Assembly: GCA_951406725.2 (NCBI GenBank)
Contig: OX597816.1
Coordinates: 60,388,001 to 60,452,000 of the forward strand
Length of the DNA: 64,000 nt
Reading direction: 5' to 3'
DNA from: Octopus vulgaris
Taxonomy: Eukaryota
Part shown: piece after piece, positions 1 to 11,885 of the stretch
How positions within the stretch are numbered: position 1 is the first letter of the stretch
Layout of the letters: the number at the start of each line of letters is the position of its first letter
Notes under the pieces: generated by a model
Databases searched by the model: none
What the model saw: the letters and a program-made list of their open reading frames with translations, nothing else
What the model was told of the DNA's origin: nothing
Program-made: the position numbers and the translations under genes

Positions 1-1214
1 AATTGCCAACCTTGTACCAAAATTAGAAATTATTGTCAATGTATTTGACTTTTCTCAACTTGTCTCTTGTTTCAGTAAAGCATAAAAGATTCTGCCTTCT
101 GTTTTTCCTGTGTGTAAGCCTTAATACACATTGTTTGATTTCACCTTATCTTCTATGTCTTTTTCCATTACTGAACCATATGTGAGTAACATCTTTCTTT
201 ATTGAATTGTTTATTAGAGGTTTTTCTCTAAATTATATACATATATTATTTATATATATATATATAATTATCTATCAATCTATCTATCTTTATCTCTCTC
301 TCCCTATCTATCTGTATGTATGTATGTATGTATGTATGTATGTATGTATGTATGTATGTATGTATGTATGTATGCATGCATGCATGCATGTATATATGCA
401 TACTGGCAGGGAGGGAGAGAGAGAGAGACTGTATTACCTGTTTACAATTACTTTACTTAAGTTAGCACACAAGGGATTATTTCTACAAACCTTGGATATT
501 TATATATTGAAGTATTTCTGAGAAGTCAACCACAGAATAATATGCTTTACATATTATCTGTTAGCCATGCATAATAATGTGACTTGCACAGGAAACCACA
601 CAATGGCTATAGTAAGGTTTGAAGTTATAACCATGTTATCATAAGATTACATGATCATGAATGAATCTCACAGATTCTATATCTTTTTTTTAAACATTGT
701 GAAGAAATATAGATGTCTGGTTATTTTTCTCTCAAGTGAACTGATTTTAAAGAATGACTAATCAGATTATCATTTTTTTTTCTCCCAATTGTAAGATTTT
801 CAAAAATGGTGTTTTGCAGATACAAAAATAAAAAAAACAAAAGCATAGATGAAAATGAATAAAAAGTGAAATTATCAATATACTATAGAAATAGGAAAAA
901 TAAAAGTTAAAATACATATCTACCATTCTGTCTTAGCAGTGGTATCCACTGAACACACACACACACACACACACAATCAAAAGTTCTAGTTAGATTAATT
1001 TTCAATTTTGTTCATATTTAACATTTCAATAGATGCAGTTATATGTCTAGAAATTTATCTGATCAAATAGATGCTTCAAATTTGATAAGAGTAATAGAGT
1101 TTGCTTTGACAAAGCAATAGATCAAATGCATATCAGTGAATGGTAGTAACCTGACTGAAATATAATAAACTTATCTCACAACAGAATGACAGCAAATAAT
1201 GTAATCCACAGTGT

Positions 1215-1645
1215 CTTTTATTCTTTTATTCTTTTTCTTTTATTTGTTTCAGTCATTTGACTGCGGCCATGCTGGGGCACCACCTTTTAGTCGAGCAAAT
1301 CAACCCCAAGACTTATTCTTTGTAAGCCTTGTACTTATTCTATCAGTTTCTCTTGCCGAACCACTAAGTCATGTGGTGCAAACACACCAGCATCGATTGT
1401 CAAGCGATGTTGGGGGTACAAACACAGACACACAAACATATACATACACACACACACACATACATACATATATATATATACGACGTGCTTCTTTCAGTTT
1501 CCATCTACCAAATCCACTCACAAGGCTTTGGTCAACCCGAGGCTATAGTAGAAAACACTTGCCCAAGGTGCCACGCAGTAGAACTGAACTCAGAACCATG
1601 TGGTTGGTAAGCAAGCTACTTACCACACAGCCACTCCTGCTCCTA
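1215..1645 (-). mobile_element. tRNA-derived SINE, family A (abundant octopus-type SINE)
   Basis: Minus-strand head with A-box TGGCTGTGTGG and B-box-like GTTCAGT, internal CA/TA microsatellite, tail GGTGCCCCAGCATGGCCGCAGTCAAATGACTGAAAC + (TAAAAGAA)n. More than 12 copies in the window. Confidence 0.9.
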
Positions 1646-1698
1646 TATCACTTACTTTATTTATTCATTTATCTGTTTGTTTATTTATTTATTATGCA

Positions 1699-1867
1699 TA
1701 TAGACACGGCTGTGTTGTTAAGATGTTTGCTTTGCGATCATGTAGTTTTGGATTCAATCCTACTGCAGGGCACCTTGGGCGAGTTTCATCTAATATAACT
1801 TCAGGCTTACCAAAACCTTGCGAGTGAATTTGATTGATGGAAACCAGCATTGTGGAAGCACTTTATG

Positions 1868-1917
<50 letters not shown>

Positions 1918-2145
1918 TATGTCTGTGTTTGTGTTTGTCTCTTCACTACCACCACCACCACAGCTTGACAACTAACACTGATTTATCTACATTCCCATAA
2001 CTTGGTTTTTTGGCAAAAGAGACCAATAGAATAAGTACCAGACTTTAAAAAATAAGTACTAGGGTCAATTTGTTTGGCTAAACTATTAAAAACGGTGCTC
2101 CAGCATGGCCTCAGTTCAATGACTGAAGCAAATAAAAAAATAAAG
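1699..2145 (+). mobile_element. SINE family A, head-to-head with the 1215-1645 copy
   Basis: Diverged head GGCTGTGTTGTTAAG...GGCACCTTGGGC, internal TA run, tail GGTGCTCCAGCATGGCCTCAGTTCAATGACTGAAGC. Confidence 0.85.
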
Positions 2146-2152
2146 ATCCAAT

Positions 2153-2186
<34 letters not shown>

Positions 2187-2343
2187 GTTTAACGTCTGCT
2201 TTCTATGCTAGCATGGTTTGGATGATTTGACTGAGGTCTGGCAAACCAGATGGCTGCACTAGACTCCAATCTGCAGACATCTGGTTTGCCAGACTTCAGT
2301 CAAATCGTCCAACCCATGCTAGCATGGAAAGTGAACGTTAAAC

Positions 2344-2381
<38 letters not shown>

Positions 2382-2460
2382 CGATGATGATGATGATTAT
2401 TGGATCTTTTATTTTTTGGGGGTTTCAAAACAAGTAAAAAATAAAAGATCCAATAAAAAG
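2135..2460. repeat. Fold-back inverted duplication of a SINE-B 3' end with (GAT)n tails
   Basis: Arms of about 130 bp (about 2135-2260 and 2272-2417) are reverse complements and include the flank ATAAAGATCCAATAAT. A third copy of the flank follows at ~2437. Confidence 0.85.
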
Positions 2461-3570
2461 TAGATAAAATCAACAACAGCAGGGTTTAACTGCAGAAACC
2501 TGAGAACTAAATGCAAACTAACTTGTCCTGATCTTAACATTTTGCACTAAGCTTACTCCCTTAGCCTGTCCTGTAATAGCAAAAGTCTGAAGATAAATCT
2601 AACTTCCGCTTGGTATAGAAATCATTTGTAATCCACTCAACAGATTTCGTCTAATTACATATGTAATAAACAAGCTCATAAACAAGGCAGAGAGACAACA
2701 GATACATCATGTGAATTCCTTGAAGGTTACCAAATTACTGTCATGGGAATTTGCCAGAGAACACACAACAGTTTCAACTAAACACTGAAAAATTAATAGA
2801 AACAATAATATTTCTTACTTATATACCTTTCCTAATTGCCAAAGTATCATAAAATTATGAACATGGTAGCTGGCAAAAGACAGAGATTACTCTGACCTCT
2901 TCCCCACCCTTCCCGACACTTAAGAGAAGTTGTACTTTAGAATACATAATTGTAGGAAGCTATAGTCATGCAGCAGTAGGGCAGTAGCTTTGAGAATATT
3001 ACTTTTTAAAAGGTAAATTTATTAAGAAAGTATAAGATTTACACAACACTTAAATGCTACAATATATAATTATTGCTAATATGTTTAGGCATTACATAAT
3101 TCTAATTCATTAATTTCGTCCACTGAGACATATTGGATTCAAAATGATTTTGTTCATTCCATCTAAAGATCTTTGATAGACTCAAATCTGATGCTTCTCG
3201 TGTTTTCCCCATCTAAATAATTACAAATATTAAGATTTTAATCTGATTCCCTTGTTCAACGGCCTAATGTCATTGCTTGTAGACTGTGTTGGCATCACTG
3301 TGTCTGTTAATGAGATTAAATTGTGGACATATAACACTGCAATTGATCAGAGTGTCTGAAGAGGTTTTCAGAGTTTTCATTAAAATGTCAGTTAAATCTA
3401 TCGTTAACTTAATTTACAGAGAAAAGAAACACTAATACACCAATACAGTACTATAGTTAAAAACGACTGTATATTGAGGTGAGTTTACACACACACACAC
3501 AAAAGTAAAATGGATTTCTATCAGTATCAACAACAAAGGTTGCAGGAGCTACCTACTAACTGAATTAGCA

Positions 3571-3875
3571 TTGTTGTTTGTTCCTTCTTGAGCCATGTCT
3601 GGCTCATAAGGGCCGGTTTCCCAGTTTTCTTAGCATATAGGTTCCACACCTGGATGGGACGCTGGTCTGTCACAAGTGAGTTGCAAGATGCAAAAAGAAA
3701 GAGTGAGAGAAAGTTGTGGTGAAAGAGTCAGCCGAAGTTCACCCTTGCCTTCTGCCGGAGCCGCATGGAGCTTAAGTGTTTCGCTCATAAACATACACAT
3801 CACCCGGTCTGAGATTTGAACCTGCGATCCCTCGACCACGAGTCCACTGCTCTAACCACTAGTCCATGTGCCTCT
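3571..3875 (-). mobile_element. tRNA-derived SINE, family C
   Basis: Head GAGGCACATGGACTAGTGGTTAG...GGTTCAAATC, CAA-rich tail, TSD ACTGAATTAG (3559-3568 / 3877-3886). Second copy at 17256. Confidence 0.9.
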
Positions 3876-4039
3876 TACTGAATTAGAATCTATGTAGCTG
3901 AGTTTTTCACAGTCACGTGTAGCCTAAATGTAATACTGAGGCATAACCAGCATAACATACACCGTGTGACAAAATTGCCCTTTTGAATTACATTTAAGGT
4001 TTGTTCCATGAAAGAGTACAGCTTTTGCTCTATTTCTCG

Positions 4040-4450
4040 GGGGACAAATACAAGAAAAGTTCATGAAGAGCAAGCCTCTATGCAAAGCATTCATTGACCT
4101 AAAAAACACACTTGACAGAACGACCATACTCTGTAGTTTGGTGATTACTAAGAAAACTTGATGTAAACAAATGGCTTGTAAGAGATGCGATCAGCAAGGT
4201 GAGAGTTAGTAATGAACTCTGCATAGAATTTACCATGCAGTTGGGTATCTATCAGGTCTTGATGCTTAACCTGATCTTATTTGTTATTGCTCTCCAGTCC
4301 ATAACAAAGGAGCTTAAAACCTGTTATCTGTGAGAACTTTGCTATCCTAATGACTGAGTTCTCATTACTGAATCTGTCGAAGAATTAGAGAAATACCAAA
4401 TGTGGAATCAAGATGTCTTGAAAATAAACTTAAAGACAAAAGTCTTAGTA
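4040..4450 (+). pseudogene. Degenerate RTE-clade LINE reverse transcriptase fragment
   Basis: KPLCKAFIDLKNTLDR...SKVRVSNE...LGIYQVLMLNLILFVIAL...ELCYPND*VLITESVEEL resembles RTE AFVDLEKAFDR / GVHQGSVLSPLLF / ELLYADDL motifs, with stops. Confidence 0.7.
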
Positions 4451-4528
4451 AGCAAAATAGATTAAATCCAAGAAGGTCATCGTGGGACTTGAATTTAGAA
4501 TGTAAAGATTCACTACAAATTCCACAAG

Positions 4529-4700
4529 ATGGGCATGGCTGTGTGGTTAGGGAGCTTGTTTCCTAGCTACATGATTTTGGGTTCAGTCCCACTGCGGGGC
4601 ACTTTGGGTAGGTATCTTCCACTATAGCCCCGAGCCGACCGAAGCTTTGTGATTGAATTCGGTAGGCGGAAGTTACTGCCGTGTGTGTATGTGTGCGTAT
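4529..4700 (+). mobile_element. SINE family A, 5' half
   Basis: GGCTGTGTGGTTAG...GGGTTCAGTCCCACTGCGGGGCAC...CTATAGCCCCGAGCCGACC. Confidence 0.8.
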
Positions 4701-5024
4701 AGCTGCTCAGTGCCTCTCCAAAAGAGAGAGAGAGGGATGTCTGGTCTGGTCTTACAGTTCCATTAATCCACTTCTCCAAATATACTTTCTCATTAACTGC
4801 TCCCCACCGCCCACACCCAAACCCACCAAAAGAATGGAAAACAAAGTTAGCCTCAGCAGCAGTTGAACTCAGCGCACATCAAGTCAGAACAAATATTACA
4901 AAGCATCCTATCCAATGCCCTAACATCTCTATTCATTTGCTGTCCTAAATTAATTTTTATTTTTGATCAGATAAAACAAGAATGACTGAAAAAAATCTCA
5001 TGTTGAAATTAGTGGGTTGATATA

Positions 5025-5523
5025 AGACACGTAAAAGCACCGTCCGCTCGTGGCCGTTTGCCAGCTCTGTCTGGCAACCGTGTCGGTGGCACGTAAAAGC
5101 ACCATCCGTTCGCGTCCGTTGCCAGCCTCGGCTGGCCCCCGTGCCGGTGACACGTAAAAGCACCGTTCGTTCGTGGCCGGTTGCCAGCTCTGTCTGGCCC
5201 CATGTCGGTGGCACGTAAAAGCACCATCCGTTCGTGTCCGTTGCCAGCATCGCCTGGCCCCGTGCCGGTGACACGTAAAAGCACCATCCATTCGTGGCCG
5301 TTCGCCAGCTCTGTCTGGCACCTGTGCAGGTGGCACGTAAAAAACACCCACTACACTCGCGGAGTGGTTGGCGTTAGGAAGGGCATCCAGCCGTAGAAAC
5401 ACTGCCAGATCTGACTGGGCCTGACAAAGCCTTCCAGCTTCACAGACCCCAGTTGACCCGTCCAACCCATGCTAGCATGGAAAATGGACGCTAAACGATG
5501 ATGATGATGATGATGATGATGAT
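5025..5523 (+). mobile_element. SINE family B with an internal ~60-bp tandem array and (GAT)n tail
   Basis: Five units starting CACGTAAAAGCACC, then GGAGTGGTTGGCGTTAGGAAGGGCATCCAG...CATGCTAGCATGG...(GAT)n. Other partial copies at 10770-10843, 11493-11640 and 2155-2397. Confidence 0.85.
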
Positions 5524-5825
5524 ATAAATGTTGTACTGAACACTGGTGGTGTTTTGAAATATTTTACTTGCCTAAGTGAGAAAGCCTGTATATTGTTAAA
5601 CAAATAACCATAAAAATAGCAGCTAAATAACAGTCTCTCTAAAACCAAACCTTATCAATCTTAGAAAGAAAGTACATGAAGCATCTTGGATAGTGTGATC
5701 AAAGATAAACTATCTGAGAAGACAGGATGGTCATGGCAAGAATGCCTTTGACCACTAATAACTCTATTTAATCAGGGCTCATGTAGGGTTAAATAACAAC
5801 TAAAGTGAATATTGTCGTAATCAAT

Positions 5826-6092
5826 AAAATAAAAAAATAAATAAATGCGCCCTTTGAAAGCCTAGCCAGGCTCATGGGCCCAGTTTCCCAGTTTCTGTGA
5901 CGTATGTGTTCCCCAGCTGGATGGGACACCAGTCCATCGCAGCGTTACTCATTTTTGCCAGCTGAGTAGACTGGAGCAACATGAAATGAAGTGTTTTCCT
6001 CAAGAACACAACGCATCGCCCGGTCTAGGAATTGAAACCACAATCTTACGATCTTGATACTGACACCCTAACCACTAAGCCATGCGCCTCCA
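5826..6092 (-). mobile_element. tRNA-derived SINE, family D
   Basis: Head GAGGCGCATGGCTTAGTGGTTAGG, central CTCCAGTCTACTCAGCTGGCAAAAATGAGTA, TSD GTAATCAATAA (5817-5827 / 6095-6105). Second copy at 50214. Confidence 0.9.
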
Positions 6093-7645
6093 CAGTAATC
6101 AATAACAAATCATTAATTTTAGGTAATAATCTGATGTGTAAAAAACATGTGAAACCTAAAGCATATGTAAATAATCATCAATACAAAAGATTGGAATCAT
6201 ACTGTATGTACAAAGAAGAGAGAAAGTGTGTTGGCATAAGTGGAGGCTGCTGGAAAATGTCTGTCTATTTCAGTATGTAGCGCAGAGTTTACTAAATTAT
6301 TCTTCTAAACTGAAATATAATCTAGGTTTCTGGTACAATACTTCTAAGGAAATCCACTGTCTATATGTTTCAATTAATTTTGGAAATAATCAATAATTTG
6401 GAGAAATTTAGTAAAATTTGAAGCATTTTAAAAAATTTATTTATTAAGCTAGTGTTTGTAACATGACTTCTAAGATTCTTATATAAAATTAGGATGGAAA
6501 TTTTTAGTATAAATATGATCACTTTACAAAGGATAGTCTACATCATAGAACAACTAGGAGTAATTATTTCTTGAGAGTTCCGTTACAGTATGCCCATTTT
6601 TAAAATTTCTACTAGCAGCTGATAATGCTGTCAACAGAAGACCAACTTGAATTCTTTATAATATGCCAAAAATTCTGAATTTGTTGTTCTAAGCTCAAAT
6701 TTGATCGAGATCAACTATTATTATTACAAAAACAAAGAAATTAACACCGCTTATTATGTTGTTTAATCCCTGGTCAGTCTCTAACCTGCAGAATTTATGA
6801 TCGAATGTGTTCTAGTCATGCTTATCCAGTTTGTTTTTTCAGATATAGTTTAAGTTTGGATCTATTTAATATAGGGAATTAATTTTTTTCTCTTCCTTTC
6901 TTTTCTTTTTTTTTATTGGGTGGAGGGGGTGGAGGGGTTAATGTTTAGATTCATTCAAGTATGAATGTAAACATTGTGAGAGGTTAAATTTGCTTAGAAG
7001 CACAGATATAATACAGATCAAGTTTGGTACTTCTATACAGATCTAACTTTTTACAGATGTTTACATTTATGTAGGATTTGAACTCAGAATTCACAGAACC
7101 AAAACAGATACTGCAAGGCATCCTATCTAATGCTCTAATAATTTTGCCAATCTACCACAATGAACTGGCATTTTTTTTTATTGACCCCTAAGAGGATGAA
7201 GAGCAAAGCTGGCTCAAAGCACAGTGAGTCAGAACAAATATTATGAAGAATTCTATCCAATGCTCCAATGACTACCAATTTGCTGCCTATGAATGATAGA
7301 ATACTCCATAGAAATATACTGAATGTTCAGAAGACTAAAAGAACTGAAACGATGTTTCATATAATTTTTTATATTCAAGAAAATGTTAATGAATGTAGTG
7401 GTTAGTTGTTGATTAGCTTCAGATGAACCATAATTAAATGAATCAATCATCACTGGCATTCAAGCCATGACCATTCTCTCTTTCTTTTTCAGACAGTGTA
7501 TGAGCCAGGGTTGCATTACTCAGTGCACCCAGTCTTGTCCTTCCACATTTGGATAGAGAATGTGATTTGAAAGAGATTTGACTGATATTTCTAACTTGCT
7601 GGCTTATAGTTGCATGTGTCCAGAGAGAGTCAGGAGAAAAAATTC

Positions 7646-7695
<50 letters not shown>

Positions 7696-7950
7696 CATAT
7701 GACAACAAGCAAAATCTCAGATAAGCCAATAGACCTTGGATAGTTTTCAGATAATCTTCTGTAAGTTAGTTTAAGGTTGGAATTTGATTAATGTCTCAAA
7801 GTTATCTTTCAAGAATGTAGCCATCTGTCGAATTTTACCAACCAATGTTAGTTTTCTATGATCAGAGAAAGTTCATTATCTAGGATCACTTAAGTTATTA
7901 CCAGTATTTGATAAAACAGAATCATTCCCTTTTCTATTTATATATTAAGT

Positions 7951-8273
7951 GAAGGCATGTGGTTCAGTGGTTAGGGTATATGGCTTATGATCATAAGGTC
8001 ATGAGTTCGATTCCTAGCAGCATGCTGTGTCCTTGAGCAAAACACTTTATTTCATGTTACTCCAGTCCACTCAGCTGGCAAAAATGAATTCTACCTGTAC
8101 TTCAAAGGGCTAGCCTTGTTGTATTATGTGTCACGCTGGATCTCCTTGAGAACTACATTAAGGGTATGCATGTTTGTGGGGTACTCAGCCACTTGAATGT
8201 TAATTTCATAAGCAGGTTGTTCCACTGATTGGATCAACTGGAACACTCGTTGTCATAACCAAATGGAGTGCTA
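7951..8273 (+). mobile_element. tRNA-derived SINE, family E
   Basis: Head GGCATGTGGTTCAGTGGTTAGG...GAGTTCGATTCC, central GTCCTTGAGCAAAACACTTTATTTC...CAGCTGGCAAAAATGA. Homologous to the 19968 and 57215 copies. Confidence 0.85.
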
Positions 8274-8339
8274 ATGATATTTATGTCTACCAAACACAAT
8301 GGTAGACTGCTTAAATCAATTAGAGTCTAGTTCAATGTA

Positions 8340-9130
8340 TTTTTATACACCAAGTCCATATGGAGAATTTTTTCTCTGAGACAAAATTGCACAGTCAATG
8401 CTTTTTACATTCTAGTATATAGAAATGTATTAAAATAAATGTACATATCTTTATTTTGACATCTGCTTCTTTGTGTGCTTACACCAAATTAATTCTGCCA
8501 TGACAATCCTCAGCACACACCAGCAAATGTATTGTCTACTGTTTTCTATACAGGAACAAAAGTTCAGGTCTAGCTCTGAACAATTAAGATGGTCCACCAC
8601 TGAGGTGGGGATTTGCATCAAAGCACCATTTGTTGTGGTTTGATGTGTTTTTATACATAAAGTGTATAGGGAGAAACTTTTCTCTGAGACACAATCCTGC
8701 AGTGAATGCTTTTCTCCTTCCAGTGTGCAAGAATGTGTTAAAAATAACTGTACACATCTATATTTAGATCCTTGTTGCTTCATGTGCTTATTCAAAATTT
8801 ATTTTTATTTATTCAGTTTTTGGTCTTGAGGAAATGGTTGCACCTATGGTTTTTGCAGGCCCTCCAAGACCAATGAGGTCAACACAGTTAATACTCTTCT
8901 TGAATAGTTGCAAGTTGATGGCTCTAAAAATGTCCTTGGAAGAAATCAAAGATAACCAATGTTCTGAGAAGGACTGGGTACAGTAATTAGTGTGGGGCTT
9001 ATGAGTGGCAAGTGACAAGTGAAAGAATGACAAATGAATTGGGAGTACCTGAGTAGAAGCGGTATGAGACCAACCAGGCCCAAGAGAAAGAAGCTATTAT
9101 GGCAGCAGAAGGAAAAGTAAAGAAAAGATG
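8340..9130 (-). pseudogene. Possible highly degenerate DNA-transposon remnant (Merlin/ISXO2-like?) with a ~95-bp direct repeat
   Basis: Imperfect direct repeat 8360-8450 / 8668-8762. Minus-strand DLIGLGGPAKTIG recalls Merlin QLGGPG.IVEIDES, but the catalytic motifs are not recognisable. Confidence 0.25.
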
Positions 9131-11080
9131 CAACATGTTACTGTGTCCTAGTTTGAGTGCTATTTACAAAATTCTTTTATAACATTTCATTATATATGCC
9201 TATTGTTAATTAATATACTGGAAACAGAAACACTGCAAAGAGACTGATATTAATTAAAAAAAAGATTAAGTTCTTAAACAAGTACTTGATATTCTATGAA
9301 GAATGAGCAAGAAAAATACACAGATTGTTTATGTTGTTGACATTTTGCTGCTATCTGGTGTGTGTATTATATTTTATATTTATACAACCAAACATTGATT
9401 TCTGTGAGAGATGAAATCCAGGGAACAATATGATAATAGATTATAAATATTCAATAAGATTGTAATCTATTATTACTTGCATCAACCAGTGCTGATAAAA
9501 GTGAATCAAAGAAAAAATCCAATACAGGAAGTCACATATGATAAATAATAAAGTAGTTTAATCTGATTGGTTCATTAAATAAATATACATATCTAATTTA
9601 GAATTACTGCCATTAACTAATATCTAACATTTTTTTGCTCTTAAGTCTATCACACAAATGTCCTCTGACCTCGTTGTAAATACCATGTGGAATCTCCTGA
9701 GAGAATACAAGCCATTAACCTTTCAATTCTGATTTTTCATGTTCTCTATGAATAATGATTTTTTGCACAAGGTTGCAAATTTTGTGGAATAAGTATTATA
9801 AGTCAAATTGAATTGGCTCAGCACTTGACTGGCACTTTATTAATATTAGAGAGATGAAAGCAAAGTTGATCTCAGTAGGATTTGAACTCAAGAAATATAA
9901 AGACATGTAACCAGAGCCAGCACTACATACTAAGCAAATTAGTCAATCTTAACAGAACTCTAAAATCTAAGGACACCATTCAAATTCTGAATGACTTAAA
10001 CAGAAATTTTTAATGCAAGTAAAAACTCTAAAAAAAACTTTAGCAATAAAGAGAACTGATGAGATCACTTCAGTAGCAGAAAAGAATGGAAGACAAGAGA
10101 AGAGATAGAGAAGATAGAAAAGAGAAGACAAGACAAGAGAAGAGAAGAGATAGCCATATGGTATTATGAAATGTCACATCGTTTGATACAAAACATCTCA
10201 AATATTGCCAGATAATAGATTTACTCAGTGATTTGTATCATTGTAATTATAATTTCTCAGTTACATTTGTTAGCTAGAGTAGTAAGGGTCATGGTTGGAG
10301 AGAAGTTTTAGCCAAAAATTGAAGGGTAAAGGTGACATTGCAGCATTGGGATAAGTGGGAACACATTGCATGGCTGGGACAAGAAGGTTCGCATTGAATG
10401 AATGGGAAAAGAGGATGCCCAGTGGAGAACTTGGAGAAAAAAAGGTATACACTGTAGGAATTGGAGAAGAGGACGTACAATGGAGGCCTGGGAAAAGAAA
10501 GGACACGTTGTAGGGTGAAAGAAGGGAGTGCACATTGTTGGTTGAGAGAAGTTGCACACTAGAGGGCTGTGAGAAGTAGACATGCATTATAGAACACATC
10601 TAGGGTTCTGAATACCTGACACAAGCCCTTCACATAACTAAATGCTGCAAAAATTTTGTACAACACTGTCATTTATGGCAGTTTACCATTTTATGAATAT
10701 ATACAGAATGAGAAAAAAGGTAAATTTCTATGAAATTCAATAAGAAAATTCTTAGTGAAAAATCCTATCACTTGACCCGTCCAAGCCATGCTCCTCCGTC
10801 CAACCCATGCTAGCATGGAAAACGGACGTTAAACGATGATGGTGTTTCCCATAACTTGAAGGATGGTGCTTGTTTATGTTTACATTTATTAAGTTAATTA
10901 AGAGATTAGCAAACAATAAATAAGCCTTGTACTTATTCTATTGGTTTCTTTTGCCGAACCACGAACTTATGGGGATGTGAACACACCAACATCGGCTGTC
11001 AAGTGATTCCACAGAACTGGATTTTGTATTTCATCCTTTCATGGTCAATAAAAAAGTCACTAGAGAGGTTTTTTTTTTGT

Positions 11081-11455
11081 AGGCACAGGAGTGGCTGTGT
11101 TGCTTACCAACCACATGGTTCTGGGTTCAGTCCCACTGTGTGGCATCTTGGGCAAGTGTCTTCTACTATAGCCTCGGGCCAACCAAAGCCTTGTAAGTGG
11201 ACTTGGTAGACAGAAACTGAAAGAAGCCCCTTGTATATGTGTGTGGGTGTGGGTGTTCATCTGTGTTTGTCCCCCCACCATTGCTTGACAACTGATGTTG
11301 GTGTGTTCACATCCCCATAACTTAGCGGTTCAGCAAAAGAGACCGATAGTACAAGGCTTACAAAGAATAAGTCCTAGGGTCGATTTGTTTGACTAAATGC
11401 AGTGCTCCAGCATGGCCACAGTCAAATGACTGAAGCAAATTAAAGAGTAAAAGAA
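11081..11455 (+). mobile_element. SINE family A, full length
   Basis: Runs from AGGCACAGGAGTGGCTGTG to GCAGTGCTCCAGCATGGCCACAGTCAAATGACTGAAGC...TAAAAGA. Confidence 0.9.
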
Positions 11456-11461
11456 TATATG

Positions 11462-11496
<35 letters not shown>

Positions 11497-11689
11497 GTTG
11501 GTGTTAGGAAGGGCATCCAGCTGTAGAAATACTGCCAGATCAGACTGGAGCCTGGTGCAGCCTCCTGGTTTCTCAGACCCCAGTCGAACTGTCCAAATCA
11601 TGCTAGCGTGGAAAACGGATGTTAAACGATGATGATGATATATATATTGATCCTAGGTTAGTAAGTCTACAATAAAGAGTGCTCAAAGG

Positions 11690-11885
11690 TAATCAAGATT
11701 CAGGATTACTTTTGTATGTCCTGTCTGGTGGCCTGGAGGTGGCCTGGAGGTGGCTGATGAAGCCTGTCCAGGCCCCAAGAAACCAATCTGATCTAGACTG
11801 TACATATGGGAATGTAGAAGTACTAGTTTTGTGGTGTGGGCATGTTTCCTGAATAATAGCTGTTTGTAGGGTTGATGGCACTGGT
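11690..11885 (-). pseudogene. Possible RTE LINE ORF2 C-terminal remnant
   Basis: WFLGAWTGFISHLQA resembles the RTE C-terminal F.S.IGL.SH.R motif. The match is weak. Confidence 0.3.

Noticed and set aside
1211-1798. Recurrent ORFs with FSFRLPNPLTRLWSARGYSRRHLPKVPRSG (also 18982, 29443, 31332, 48004)
   Set aside because: These are antisense translations of SINE A, not a protein family.
5025-5345. Repeat-spacer-like pattern and overlapping 105-155 aa ORFs
   Set aside because: The intervening segments are homologous to each other; this is a tandem array within a SINE.
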